Of a stretch of 64,000 nucleotides of DNA, positions 1 to 10,186 are shown in pieces (positions within the stretch are counted from its first letter, which is position 1; every line of letters begins with the position of its first letter). The stretch spans positions 153,891 through 217,890 of the forward strand of contig JABLTJ010000002.1 of the NCBI GenBank assembly GCA_013166775.1, given 5' to 3'. Made by a program: the position numbers and the translations under genes. The notes under the pieces are model-generated. The model saw nothing but the letters and a program-made list of their open reading frames with translations. It did not search any database and was not told where the DNA came from. This stretch comes from Promethearchaeati archaeon (lineage in GTDB: Archaea > Asgardarchaeota > Heimdallarchaeia > Heimdallarchaeales > Heimdallarchaeaceae).

Positions 1-206
1 TTTCCTTTTTCAAACCAATAAGTATTCTCTTTTTGGTTTTTCAAAATTGTTTGAATTGGTTGATATGTATTTATCTTACTTTTTGTTTCTTGAACCTCAG
101 AATTTTGTTCATTCAATACCAATATTTTGGTTTGTGTAAGATATTTTACTGGAGGATTGTTTTCTTCTAATAACCAGTCTATAATTCCCTGATTAACTTC
201 ATACAT
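1..206 (-). CDS. 5' part of a prenyltransferase/squalene-cyclase-like (alpha-alpha barrel) protein, running off the window edge
   Basis: Not in the ORF track. Manual translation from ATG 206 gives MYEVNQGIIDWLLEENNPPVKYLTQTKIL...ILKNQKENTYWFEKG, open to base 1. The WLLE..P.V.Y start and a Q....W motif resemble QW-repeat proteins. Confidence 0.55.
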   Translation of the reverse strand, partial: MYEVNQGIIDWLLEENNPPVKYLTQTKILVLNEQNSEVQETKSKINTYQPIQTILKNQKENTYWFEKG

Positions 207-328
207 GTTTCTATCAATTTTACATCTATCATGTCTCTATTAAAATTAATCTACTAGTTTTTTCAAAAAAGATTTTATAAGTAAAATGCGATATTCAAAT
301 GACTTATCTAAGTTAATGTGATATATAT

Positions 329-1777
329 ATGAGACCTAATATCAGTATTCTTGAAGATGATATCAAAGAAAAAGTCTTTGTTGAAGCAATGGAGATACTT
401 GAAGAGATTGGATTCTTCGTAGAGAATCAAGAGGCTCTAGAGATTCTCCAAGAAGCAGGATTAAATGTTGATGTTGAAAAGAGGAGAGTTAAACTTCCTC
501 CAGATTTAGTTAAGAAATCTTTACAATCCGCTCCATCGTCAATCACTCTTTTTGATAGAGAGGGTAAGGAAGTTACCAAGCTAGAAGGAGATAATATTTG
601 TTTTGATCCAGGTTCAGCAGCGTTGAATGTTTTAGATCCAGAGACTAAGAAAATAAGAACAGCAGTAACCAAGGATTTTGTAGATTTTACAAAAGTAGTG
701 GAACAACTAGAACATATTCAAGCTCAGAGTACTGCAATTATTTGTTCGGATGTTCCTGAAGAGGTGGGTGATAGATACCGTCTCTATCTTGCATTGATTT
801 ATTCCAAAAAACCTATTGTTACTGGGACTTTTGCTAAAGAATCATTTGAAATTATGAAAGACATGCTTATTGCTGTCCGAGGAGATAAAAAGGAGTTAAG
901 AAACAAACCTCTTGCAATTTTTGATGCATGTCCATCACCACCATTAAAATGGAGTGATTTAACTTGCCAAAGCATAATTGATTGTGCGAAATATGGAATA
1001 CCTTCAGAATTCGTATCAATGCCTATGACAGGTGCGAATGCTCCCGTAACATTACTAGGAGCAATTGTTCAACATGCAGCTGAGACTTTAGCCGGCTTAG
1101 TAATAACCCAACTTGTATCCCCTGGAACTCCGGTCATCTGGGGAGGATCTCCCGCAGCTTTTGATATGAGAAAAGGGACTACTCCCATGGGATCAATAGA
1201 TACTATGATGATTGATTTGGGTTATGCTGAAATTGGCAAATATCTCAATCTTCCAACACATGCGTATCTTGGAATGTCAGATGCAAAAATACTAGACGCA
1301 CAATCTGGTCTTGAATCAGGAATGGGAACCTTACTCGCAGGAATTAAAGGTATAAACATGATTTCAGGTGCAGGCATGATTGATTTTGAAACCACACAAA
1401 GCATCCAAAAAGTAATTATAGACAATGAAATTTGTGGAATGACTTACAAATTCATCAAAGGGATTATTCAACGCGATGAACCAATAGCAAAAAATCTGTT
1501 AATAGATTTAGAAGAAAGAACACATCTACTATCTCATGATCATACTCTAAAATGGTTTAGAGAAGAACAATATATTCCAAGTCAAGTGATAGATAGAGCT
1601 ACAACTGAAGAATGGATAAATAAAGGAAGGAAAACAATAGGAGATAGAGCAAATGAACAAGTTAAGAAATTTCTTGATAAGTATCCAGGGGTTACACTTG
1701 ACAAAGATATTCTATCTGATATAAGTGAGATCATGAAATACAAAGGCAAAGATTTTAGAGAGAATTTAGATATATGA
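329..1777 (+). CDS. Trimethylamine methyltransferase (MttB) superfamily protein, non-pyrrolysine type
   Basis: Motifs SPPL, GANAPVTLLGAIVQHAAETLAG, PGTPVIWGG, SDAKILDAQSGLE and NMISGAGM. There is no in-frame TAG. Confidence 0.9.
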   Translation: MRPNISILEDDIKEKVFVEAMEILEEIGFFVENQEALEILQEAGLNVDVEKRRVKLPPDLVKKSLQSAPSSITLFDREGKEVTKLEGDNICFDPGSAALNVLDPETKKIRTAVTKDFVDFTKVVEQLEHIQAQSTAIICSDVPEEVGDRYRLYLALIYSKKPIVTGTFAKESFEIMKDMLIAVRGDKKELRNKPLAIFDACPSPPLKWSDLTCQSIIDCAKYGIPSEFVSMPMTGANAPVTLLGAIVQHAAETLAGLVITQLVSPGTPVIWGGSPAAFDMRKGTTPMGSIDTMMIDLGYAEIGKYLNLPTHAYLGMSDAKILDAQSGLESGMGTLLAGIKGINMISGAGMIDFETTQSIQKVIIDNEICGMTYKFIKGIIQRDEPIAKNLLIDLEERTHLLSHDHTLKWFREEQYIPSQVIDRATTEEWINKGRKTIGDRANEQVKKFLDKYPGVTLDKDILSDISEIMKYKGKDFRENLDI

Positions 1778-1879
1778 GTAGCATGGTTTGAAAGCTTTCT
1801 AGCAGTAAATCTATTTGAAATTCACAAGAATAAAGCTTATCTTTTTATACTTATTTGACAAGATATTTAGTTGATAATC

Positions 1880-2050
1880 ATGCCAGTTGGAGAATTTCGA
1901 GAGGATAAATATGAACTTGATGATCTTTCGTCAATCAATGTAGAGGGATTAGCATTATATGTGAATTTCATTGTACAGAAATTGGATGAGCTAATTGTAG
2001 CATTTAACGAGTTAGAAGCTAAAGTTCTAGGAATGGAAGTAAATAGATAG
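1880..2050 (+). CDS. Small acidic helical hypothetical protein (56 aa)
   Basis: ATG 1880 to TAG 2048-2050 encodes MPVGEFREDKYELDDLSSINVEGLALYVNFIVQKLDELIVAFNELEAKVLGMEVNR. It is below the ORF-track cutoff, co-oriented with its neighbours and protein-like in composition. Confidence 0.6.
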   Translation: MPVGEFREDKYELDDLSSINVEGLALYVNFIVQKLDELIVAFNELEAKVLGMEVNR

Positions 2051-2082
2051 TACAAAGAAACATATTAAGAGCGGGTGAGCAG

Positions 2083-3810
2083 ATGAATCTTCGATTTACC
2101 CAAAGAATGTCTATTCTAAATTATAGTTCATTGTTCATGAATTCGATTTCAATAATTTTTGGTTTCATCTATTTCTTTTTTCCTAATCGGACAACACTAT
2201 GGATTTTCTTTGGTGCTTTTCTTCTTGTAACTCTTGTATTTAATTACACATATATATATCTCGCAGGAAGATATATCAACAAAGAATCTTCTTTTGGGAA
2301 GAAAATTAGCATACTTAGTTATGTCTACCTGCTTTTTTCTCCCATAGCAGCACTTTTAATGAGTTTCGGGAATATGCTTGTATCTGTTACATATTCAAAT
2401 AGACTAATTGACAATATCGGTTCCTATTTGATGGTTTTTATTGGTTTTTTTGGCTTGTTTGTTTTATGTATGGTGATATCCATTATCATAGTTAACAATA
2501 GAAAGGACGAGAAAATATGGATAAAAACCAATCAACAAATTAAAGGTGAACAAATTCAAAACTGCAAACGGAAAAATCTAAGAATCACTTCGATTATCAT
2601 TAGTCTATTATTTCTAGGACTAGGTATTTTGACTTCTCTTTCTATGATTATAGGAGGAACAAATTCGATGTTAGGTCTTCTTGGAATTGGGGTAGCTCAT
2701 TTAAGTTTAACTTGGTTCATCATTTTTGCAAGTATGTCAGCTTTATTACTTAGAAGCATCGGAAAAGCAAATTCTATTCAATTCTATGCAGCTATGATCC
2801 TTGGGTTGATGGTCACATCAGTCAGTTTATTTCCTTCCATAGCAATACCAAGCACAGTTAATCAAAACAAACAGAATTTTGATGAAGCTTTTAATCCCGT
2901 TTTTGGGGGGAACTGGGAAACAACTATTCCGTTAGAAATTGAAAAATTCTTTCTCAAAAAGCCTTATCATATAACGCAGTATTTCTTAGGAACTAAGCCT
3001 AAAGATTGTACTATAATTAGAGACGTACTCTATTTCAATGGTTCTGAAAGCAGCTTTGAAGTTGACAAAAATATCCTATTGCATTTTGATGCATATCTTC
3101 CCACTAATGGAGGTTCAGGTCTTCCAGGTGAAAATTCTATCTTAATAAGAATCCACGGTGGAGGATGGTCTTTTAGTGATAAAGGGTTAACCAACATGAT
3201 GCAAATGAATAAGTATTTTGCTGCTGAAGGATATGCAGTTTTTGATATTCAATATGGATTATTTGATAGTAGAGGGTCAAATCCATTTACTCCTGAATAT
3301 GTAAAAGGAGATTTCACAAAGGAGGATTTAATCAGGCATATAGGTAATTTCACTTATTTCTTAGCTTCTCATGCATCAGACTATAATGCAAATCTAGATT
3401 CAGTTTTTGTTTCAGGAGGTTCAGCAGGTGGTCAATTAGCTTGTGCAACTGCATTGGGATTAGATAGTGGTGTATATTCCGACATCTTTAGTCCAGCATT
3501 AAATATTAGAGGATTAGTTCCTTATTATCCTGCAAACCGAATGCATGATGAGATAAATGTTTTTCAGAATCCTGCATTGCTAGTGGAAACGGATAGTCCG
3601 CCTTGCTTAATTTTCCAAGGCAAGCAAGATGGATTAGTAGAACCAGAAATCTCTGAAGATTTACTAAATTCATATTTATCAGTAGGAAATACTAATTGCG
3701 CATTATTGTATATGCCTTTCGCTGGCCATGCAAATGATTTCTTTTTTACTAGTAATTATAATCAAATCTTTCTATATTTCATGGAGAGATTCATGTATCT
3801 TTTTCACTAA
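2083..3810 (+). CDS. Polytopic membrane protein fused to an HSL-type alpha/beta hydrolase (esterase/lipase)
   Basis: About 7 hydrophobic segments in aa 15-255, then the HGGGW oxyanion motif, the GGSAGG nucleophile, QGKQD (Asp) and AGH (His). Confidence 0.85.
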   Translation: MNLRFTQRMSILNYSSLFMNSISIIFGFIYFFFPNRTTLWIFFGAFLLVTLVFNYTYIYLAGRYINKESSFGKKISILSYVYLLFSPIAALLMSFGNMLVSVTYSNRLIDNIGSYLMVFIGFFGLFVLCMVISIIIVNNRKDEKIWIKTNQQIKGEQIQNCKRKNLRITSIIISLLFLGLGILTSLSMIIGGTNSMLGLLGIGVAHLSLTWFIIFASMSALLLRSIGKANSIQFYAAMILGLMVTSVSLFPSIAIPSTVNQNKQNFDEAFNPVFGGNWETTIPLEIEKFFLKKPYHITQYFLGTKPKDCTIIRDVLYFNGSESSFEVDKNILLHFDAYLPTNGGSGLPGENSILIRIHGGGWSFSDKGLTNMMQMNKYFAAEGYAVFDIQYGLFDSRGSNPFTPEYVKGDFTKEDLIRHIGNFTYFLASHASDYNANLDSVFVSGGSAGGQLACATALGLDSGVYSDIFSPALNIRGLVPYYPANRMHDEINVFQNPALLVETDSPPCLIFQGKQDGLVEPEISEDLLNSYLSVGNTNCALLYMPFAGHANDFFFTSNYNQIFLYFMERFMYLFH

Positions 3811-3989
3811 CTAGAAATTGAAAGATAGTTTTAAACGCTTGAGACTCTATGGTGGGAGATAGCGATGGTATTTCAGAATAAATACATAAAAACAGGTTGA
3901 AAGTTTTTCAGCTTACCTTCAATATATTATTCTTAAAAAATCAAATCCACTATTAATAATATCATATTTCTATAAAAGAAGAGGAAAAT

Positions 3990-5807
3990 CTAAACTAATT
4001 TAGCGGCATGTTCTACATAATCCAATGATTGGTGTCTGAAGTACATATCATAGAGCTGCCAATATTTTCCCTTGCGTTTCATGAGTTCTTGATGTGTTCC
4101 TTCCTCTTGTATTTTAGCTTCGTCAATTAGTATGATTCTGTCAGCATTTTCTACAGTTGTTAATCTGTGAGCAATAATTATAGCTGTTCTTCCTTTAAGT
4201 AAAACTTTGAGACCTTCTTGAATAAGAGATTCAGTATATGCATCTATTGCACTTGTTGCTTCATCGAGAATAAGGATCTTTGGATCAGATAGAAGAGCTC
4301 GAGCAAAAGCAACCAGCTGTTTTTGTCCTTCGGATAATTTGGTACCTTTTTCGCCTACTTCAGTATCCAGACCTTGAGGAAGAGTACTGATAAATTCTGA
4401 TGCATAAACAGCATTAGCTGCTTCAAGAATCTCTTCTCTTGTTGCATCGAGTTTTCCATATCTAATGTTGTCTTCAATTGTACCAGAGAATAGAATGTTG
4501 TCTTGTAAAACTATACCGATATGATTTCTGTATTCATCGAGTTTTAATTTTCGTATATCTTCCCCATCAATTGAGATTTTTCCATCTTTCACATCATAAA
4601 ATCTTGTTAATAAGGATACTAATGTAGTTTTACCACCACCAGTTTTTCCAACGATTGCACATGTTTCACCAGCGGGTATAGTAAGATCGAAATCTTTGTA
4701 CAAAGGTTCATTCGGAAGATAAAAGAATGTCATATTATTGAAATCTATTCTTCCTTCAATTTTCTCAACAGGTATAGGTTCTGAATCTTCTTTGACTTGC
4801 GGTTCACTATCCATTAAACTGAAAATTCTTTCGACTGCTGCTAATCCTGCTTCAAATTGATTAAAGAACTGAGTTATCTGCATAAGAGGGAAGAAGAAGC
4901 GATTGAGCATTAAGATGAAGAATATTAACGTAGCAATATCTATTCTAGCGGTAACCAGGGTCCAGTACCCTCCATAATAAAGTATAAGAAAAGTTCCTAT
5001 CCCAAAGAGCATCTCCACGAATGGAAAATAAATACTGATTCCTACGGCCCTATTCAATGCTGCTCTATAATTATTCATATTTATCTCTTTGAATCTAGTA
5101 AAACCTTCTTTCTCTTGACTAAAAGATTTTGTTACTTCAATTCCAGAAATAGATTCAGCAACATTAGCGTTGAGTATTGCTATAGTTTTCCTCCATTTCT
5201 TTGATGTGGAACGTGCTACTAATCTTGCACCCATAGCTACTGCAAAAAGAGGAGGAAGAACAGATATTGCGATTAGCGCTAGGATAGAATCAGTGACTAA
5301 TAGAAGTACTAGAATGACTATCATAACTAAAATGTTAATCAGAAATGATGTAGTAATTTGAACCATATTCCCTATGGTATCTGTATCAGAGGTTACTCTA
5401 CTAACTAGCTTTCCACTCTTATTTTCATCATAAAAAGCCATGTCTTGAAGAAGTAGAGTATCATAACAATCCTTTCGAACTTCTCTCAACATGTTACCAG
5501 ATAATGTTGCTAGTAAATACATACTTCGATATTGCCCTAACCAATTAATAGCATAGAATAAAGCTACACAGGAAGATAAGAGATAAATAAGATAATCAAT
5601 TCTACCAGCTTCTACTAGTTCAATAACGAATTTAATGAGATAGGGAATACCTACATTTGAACTTGTAGTAACAAACAACCATAGAATTAGTTTTGTGAAA
5701 GTTGGGAGATCCTTTTGGCCCATATATGTAAATAATCTCTTAAACAAATAGAGATCACCATATTTTCTGTCATATTTCTCGTCTGGTATATCATCTATGA
5801 AACCCAT
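3990..5807 (-). CDS. ABC exporter subunit (TMD-NBD), TM288-like half of a heterodimer
   Basis: GKTGGGKT, non-canonical signature LSEGQ, ILDEA, AHR. Likely start is MGFIDD at 5807, just after the partner's stop; the ORF-track start at 5870 overlaps the partner. Confidence 0.9.
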   Translation of the reverse strand: MGFIDDIPDEKYDRKYGDLYLFKRLFTYMGQKDLPTFTKLILWLFVTTSSNVGIPYLIKFVIELVEAGRIDYLIYLLSSCVALFYAINWLGQYRSMYLLATLSGNMLREVRKDCYDTLLLQDMAFYDENKSGKLVSRVTSDTDTIGNMVQITTSFLINILVMIVILVLLLVTDSILALIAISVLPPLFAVAMGARLVARSTSKKWRKTIAILNANVAESISGIEVTKSFSQEKEGFTRFKEINMNNYRAALNRAVGISIYFPFVEMLFGIGTFLILYYGGYWTLVTARIDIATLIFFILMLNRFFFPLMQITQFFNQFEAGLAAVERIFSLMDSEPQVKEDSEPIPVEKIEGRIDFNNMTFFYLPNEPLYKDFDLTIPAGETCAIVGKTGGGKTTLVSLLTRFYDVKDGKISIDGEDIRKLKLDEYRNHIGIVLQDNILFSGTIEDNIRYGKLDATREEILEAANAVYASEFISTLPQGLDTEVGEKGTKLSEGQKQLVAFARALLSDPKILILDEATSAIDAYTESLIQEGLKVLLKGRTAIIIAHRLTTVENADRIILIDEAKIQEEGTHQELMKRKGKYWQLYDMYFRHQSLDYVEHAAKLV

Positions 5808-5808
5808 T

Positions 5809-7653
5809 CTAATCCCCCATTCCTTCCATTGGTTTTTCGAATCTTTCTCGAATTTCTGAGAACCTTGCAAAAACTCTCCAGTAATCGATTGAAGTTTTTA
5901 GCAATTCTTCGTGTTTTCCTTTGGCAATTATAGCGCCTTGTTTCATTACAATTATGATATCAGAATGTCTGATTGTACTCAATCTATGAGTTATCACAAA
6001 ACTTGTTCTGTTTTGTAAAACTCTATTTATAGCAGTTTGAATATCATCTTCGGTTTCACTATCTACACTAGAAGTTGCATCGTCGAATACTAAAACCTCA
6101 GGATTTGATAAAATCATTCTAGCAATTGCTATTCTTTGTTTTTGCCCTCCTGAAAGAGTCATACCTCTCTCACCTACAACTGTATCATATTGTTTATCAA
6201 AGTTCATTATAAAATCATGAGCTTGAGCCATCTTAGCTGCTTCAATAATCTCCTCATCTTTAGCTTCTGGATTACCATAAGAAATATTCTGCTTAACAGA
6301 TCCAGAGAAAAGTACTACGTCTTGTTCAATGACTCCAATGCTTTTTCTTATTCGTTCTAATGTTAATTCTTTGGTATCTTCCCCATCTAAGAGAATTTGA
6401 CCATTATCAACATCATATAATCGTGTAAGCAATTTCATAACTGTAGTTTTTCCTGAGCCAGCAGGTCCTACAATTGCCACCCGGTTTCCAGCAGAAATAC
6501 TAAAGGATACATTGTTAACAACTTTAGTTTTACCATCATAAGAAAAGTTAACATTCTTAAAATCAATATTACCTCGGATTTTGTCTAACTCTTTTGGATT
6601 GCTTGCTACTGGAAGTACTGTTTGTTTTGCGAGAATACTTGTAATCCTTTTTGCTCCAGCTATTCCCATTTGAGTAAGAACTAAACTCCATGATAAAACC
6701 CAAACTGGAAAGAAGAAATTTGAGATCAGCATTACATAGGAGAACAATTGACCAATATTGAATATCCCTGCTTGAATTAGTATGACACCATAAACTATTG
6801 AGAAACCAACACTAATTCCCACAATTAGTGCAGGAAAGTATCTTGATCTTAACCGCCCTCGTGTGATAATTTGATTAGATAAAGTATCATTTTTCTCTCT
6901 AAATAGATATCTTTCATGTTCATCTCTTGCGAAAGTCTTAACAACACTTATTCCTAGTAGTTTTTCTTGAAGATATGAAGATAAACTAGAATAAGACTCT
7001 TGTATTTCCATTGAAATTGGCCCAACAGATTTGAAAAATCTTCTAGCTAGAAAGAATATTGGAAGTGCTATGGCTACTGGGATAAGAAGTAGAACAGGAA
7101 TGCCTTTCCAGAAGGGATCAATAAGAAGCATACCTCCCATAGCAAAGAGGATTTGAATGAATGCTAGATATAACAAATGCATACATGGATTTATAAGAAA
7201 ATTTACCATTCTTGTATCGAATGTAGCCCTTGCCATTACGTCTCCAGCTTTGACAGTATCATGGAACGTCATGCTTTTTGATAGCATTGAAGCATAATAC
7301 TCATCTCTGATATCTCGTTCAACTTTTTGAGATGCAACCTCTATAACTATACTATTTGCAAATCCAACTAATCCATTGATAATTGTTAAACCAAGAATTA
7401 TGAAAGCAAAGAATCTAACTTGACTCCAATTTGATGCAATTATTTCATTCACTAAATTATTTCCCATAAGAATAGGGTTTATAGTACTGATAGCAGTTGA
7501 TGCTGTAGATAGGATGATGAAAGCAACTAATAGACCTTTATATGCCGTTATATGACTTAGAATCCATCTGAAATGACTTCTTTTATCATATTTTGCCATA
7601 ATTGGATCAAAGAATTCTCCGGAGTTAATTCCAGGATCAGTACTTGTGACCAT
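5809..7653 (-). CDS. ABC exporter subunit (TMD-NBD), TM287-like half with degenerate Walker B
   Basis: GPAGSGKT, LSGGQ, and VFDDA (Asp in place of the catalytic Glu). With the partner's LSEGQ this gives the classic one-degenerate-site heterodimer. Confidence 0.9.
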   Translation of the reverse strand: MVTSTDPGINSGEFFDPIMAKYDKRSHFRWILSHITAYKGLLVAFIILSTASTAISTINPILMGNNLVNEIIASNWSQVRFFAFIILGLTIINGLVGFANSIVIEVASQKVERDIRDEYYASMLSKSMTFHDTVKAGDVMARATFDTRMVNFLINPCMHLLYLAFIQILFAMGGMLLIDPFWKGIPVLLLIPVAIALPIFFLARRFFKSVGPISMEIQESYSSLSSYLQEKLLGISVVKTFARDEHERYLFREKNDTLSNQIITRGRLRSRYFPALIVGISVGFSIVYGVILIQAGIFNIGQLFSYVMLISNFFFPVWVLSWSLVLTQMGIAGAKRITSILAKQTVLPVASNPKELDKIRGNIDFKNVNFSYDGKTKVVNNVSFSISAGNRVAIVGPAGSGKTTVMKLLTRLYDVDNGQILLDGEDTKELTLERIRKSIGVIEQDVVLFSGSVKQNISYGNPEAKDEEIIEAAKMAQAHDFIMNFDKQYDTVVGERGMTLSGGQKQRIAIARMILSNPEVLVFDDATSSVDSETEDDIQTAINRVLQNRTSFVITHRLSTIRHSDIIIVMKQGAIIAKGKHEELLKTSIDYWRVFARFSEIRERFEKPMEGMGD

Positions 7654-7814
7654 ATTCTATTCAATTCCTATCAATTATATTATCGTTGATTATATAAACT
7701 GTAAATGGTTTCTGTCTGAAATCTTATTCGATTTTTAAATATAACATTATTAACTTTATCTTCTTGTAGTTAGATAGATTTGATTATTTAAGTTAAATTC
7801 TTAAGTTAGGTTTT

Positions 7815-8822
7815 CTATAAATCAATCCAGATCTCGATTATACCATAAATCATCTGAGAGCTGGTTAAAGATGACCCAACTATTCTTAAGGGAGCTTCAT
7901 TACTTTCTAAGAAAACAGAATTTCTTTTCGCAGTTAGGATATAGCTATTGTTTCTTGCAATATCATAACTATCTAGAATAATTTGCTCTTCATTGTTCTT
8001 CAGAATAATATCATATCCTTGAAATGCTAAAGTATCATTGAAAGTGTAATGAGTACTATCTTCCAACTCTCCATCTATGAGTGAGATTATTATCCATAGA
8101 GGGATTCCTTGATAGGTATTATTGCGTGTCCCTTCCTGTAAAACGAAAAATATACTATGATTTTCTTCACCAGAACACAAAGCTGCTTCAAATGATGAAC
8201 GATCAATACTATCATTTGTTAAACCATAAAGATAGACGGACCACATGTTTACAACTTCTCTAATTTCCACTGTTTGAACTTTCTTTGCCCAGAGATTTCC
8301 ATCTGTTAAATATCCTTCTTCTGAAATGAACGCTATCCTTAATGGACCATCGTCACTTGGTATATTTGAACCAGCTACTTCATAAGCAAGCAATATTTGA
8401 AATTTTTTTATACCTTGATTATCCCCTGTTTCATTATCATATGCAACAACATTTCCGCTTATCATTTGTGAAGTGTAAGTAACAGTCCATCCATCACTTG
8501 CTATTGCTTTTAGATCCTCATCTGAGGATATTCCTCCTACTTCATCTAATAATACATCCAGGGATACTCCTTCATACAGAGAAGATCCCACTATTGTTCC
8601 AGTAGCCTTCTTGTACCCACCATAACCTTCTACAGATTCTAACTCCATCAATTCAGTCATAGTATATTTTTTTGTAGTTATTGCACTCTGAATTGTGAAA
8701 ATTATATCAGTGTCTCCTGTTTGTTTCTCATGAAAAACTCCAAAGTAAACTCCAATGATTGTTCCTGAAATAAGCACTACAAAAATAGAACCAATAAAAA
8801 CAGTCCTCTGTTTATTTATCAT
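7815..8822 (-). CDS. Membrane-anchored protein with two tandem molybdopterin-oxidoreductase (sulfite oxidase)-like domains
   Basis: N-terminal TM. Domain 1: YEGVSL..LL, ASDGW, LLAYE, GPLRI, WAKKV. Domain 2: YQGIPL, ILTAKRN, APLRIV. Confidence 0.65.
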   Translation of the reverse strand: MINKQRTVFIGSIFVVLISGTIIGVYFGVFHEKQTGDTDIIFTIQSAITTKKYTMTELMELESVEGYGGYKKATGTIVGSSLYEGVSLDVLLDEVGGISSDEDLKAIASDGWTVTYTSQMISGNVVAYDNETGDNQGIKKFQILLAYEVAGSNIPSDDGPLRIAFISEEGYLTDGNLWAKKVQTVEIREVVNMWSVYLYGLTNDSIDRSSFEAALCSGEENHSIFFVLQEGTRNNTYQGIPLWIIISLIDGELEDSTHYTFNDTLAFQGYDIILKNNEEQIILDSYDIARNNSYILTAKRNSVFLESNEAPLRIVGSSLTSSQMIYGIIEIWIDL

Positions 8823-8928
8823 TGTTAGGTCATCAATCTAAGTTTGATATAAGTATTTTTAATGAACTATTAAAAACTAATCTCAAGCGTTCAATCCAAA
8901 ATACATAAGAAGATGATTTTCTTATTAG

Positions 8929-10182
8929 GTGCATCCAATGGTTTCTAAGTATCTCAAAATTACTCTTATAGCCGTATTAGTAATTGGAATAGTAGTACCT
9001 ATTTTCTTCTTAAGTTTCTATAACAGATCAGATGAATCTGAAATAGAAATTTGGTATACCTATGAAGGTATTGATGTAATTAAGGAGAGAGTTTTAGAAT
9101 ACGAGAATCTTAATCCTAGAGTAAAAATCATTCTTCAAGAACAACCATCCTCGGGATGGTTGGATAAATTTATCAGTGTAGCGCAAACGGGAGAATCTCC
9201 AGATATCTTTCTTGCAAAGGGTTCGTGGTTCGGTGAATTAGCTGGTTTGGGATATATTCTACCCTTAACTCCATTTCTAACACCACAAAAAGAAGCGGAG
9301 TTCCTTCCATCTGCAATAGATGGACTTAGTTATGAGAATGAACTTTGGGGATTACCTCTCTGGTATGATTCTATTTTACTATTCTATAATAAGGGTTTAT
9401 TTGACCAGGCAGGGCTTTCTTATCCAAACTCTAATTGGACAGATATTGATTTGATATATGCAGCAGTTCAGTTAACAGACAGATCAGAAAACCAGATTTA
9501 TGGCTTGGTGTGGAGCACTTTATCTCCTTATATGTGGCCTTCTTTTCAATATGGGTTTGATCATGGATCTCTTTATCAAAATGGTCAGATTGTTGTAAAT
9601 GATACAGCTTCAGTCAATGCTATGGAATTCATTTACGATTTGAAATATTTTCATAGATGTGTAGACTATGATGATAGTAGTAATTCTGCTACTCAAGCAT
9701 TTATAGCACACAAAGGAGCTATGTTAATTTATGGTGGATGGTATACTCCTACTCTAGATACATTAGATATAAACTATGGTTTGGAAGTACTCCCAATTAT
9801 CTCTTCTACGAATAAAAGGATAACCCCAATGGTTGAAATCAAAGGGTGGGGGATTTCAAAAGATGCTAAAAATTCAAGTTTATGCTACGAAATAATATCT
9901 TTTCTTACTGCAAAAGAAACTCAAGAAGACTTAATCCAATTTGAATACAAGGTACCAACACTGTTTGAATTGATAAATTCCCCTTCTGTTGCAGATAATA
10001 CAGTGATAAAAACTCAGATTAATCAGATTGAGTTCAGTCAGTATTATCCTTTAGATCCAATATATAATTTTTATAGTGATTATATGAGAGCAGCTTTACA
10101 GTTTATTTTATACGATCATCAAGATATTCAAGCAGCTTTGGATGAAGCTCAAGCTGGAATAAATGCTAATACTAGAAGTTGA
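8929..10182 (+). CDS. Carbohydrate ABC transporter substrate-binding protein (MalE-like)
   Basis: N-terminal anchor; PDIF, YENELWGLP, LFYNKGLF..AGL.YP..NWT; upstream of the permease and MalK. Confidence 0.9.
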   Translation: MHPMVSKYLKITLIAVLVIGIVVPIFFLSFYNRSDESEIEIWYTYEGIDVIKERVLEYENLNPRVKIILQEQPSSGWLDKFISVAQTGESPDIFLAKGSWFGELAGLGYILPLTPFLTPQKEAEFLPSAIDGLSYENELWGLPLWYDSILLFYNKGLFDQAGLSYPNSNWTDIDLIYAAVQLTDRSENQIYGLVWSTLSPYMWPSFQYGFDHGSLYQNGQIVVNDTASVNAMEFIYDLKYFHRCVDYDDSSNSATQAFIAHKGAMLIYGGWYTPTLDTLDINYGLEVLPIISSTNKRITPMVEIKGWGISKDAKNSSLCYEIISFLTAKETQEDLIQFEYKVPTLFELINSPSVADNTVIKTQINQIEFSQYYPLDPIYNFYSDYMRAALQFILYDHQDIQAALDEAQAGINANTRS

Positions 10183-10186
10183 TTTT

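Noticed and set aside
1867-2055. 62-aa minus-strand ORF in the track
   Set aside because: Antisense shadow of the more protein-like plus-strand ORF at 1880-2050.
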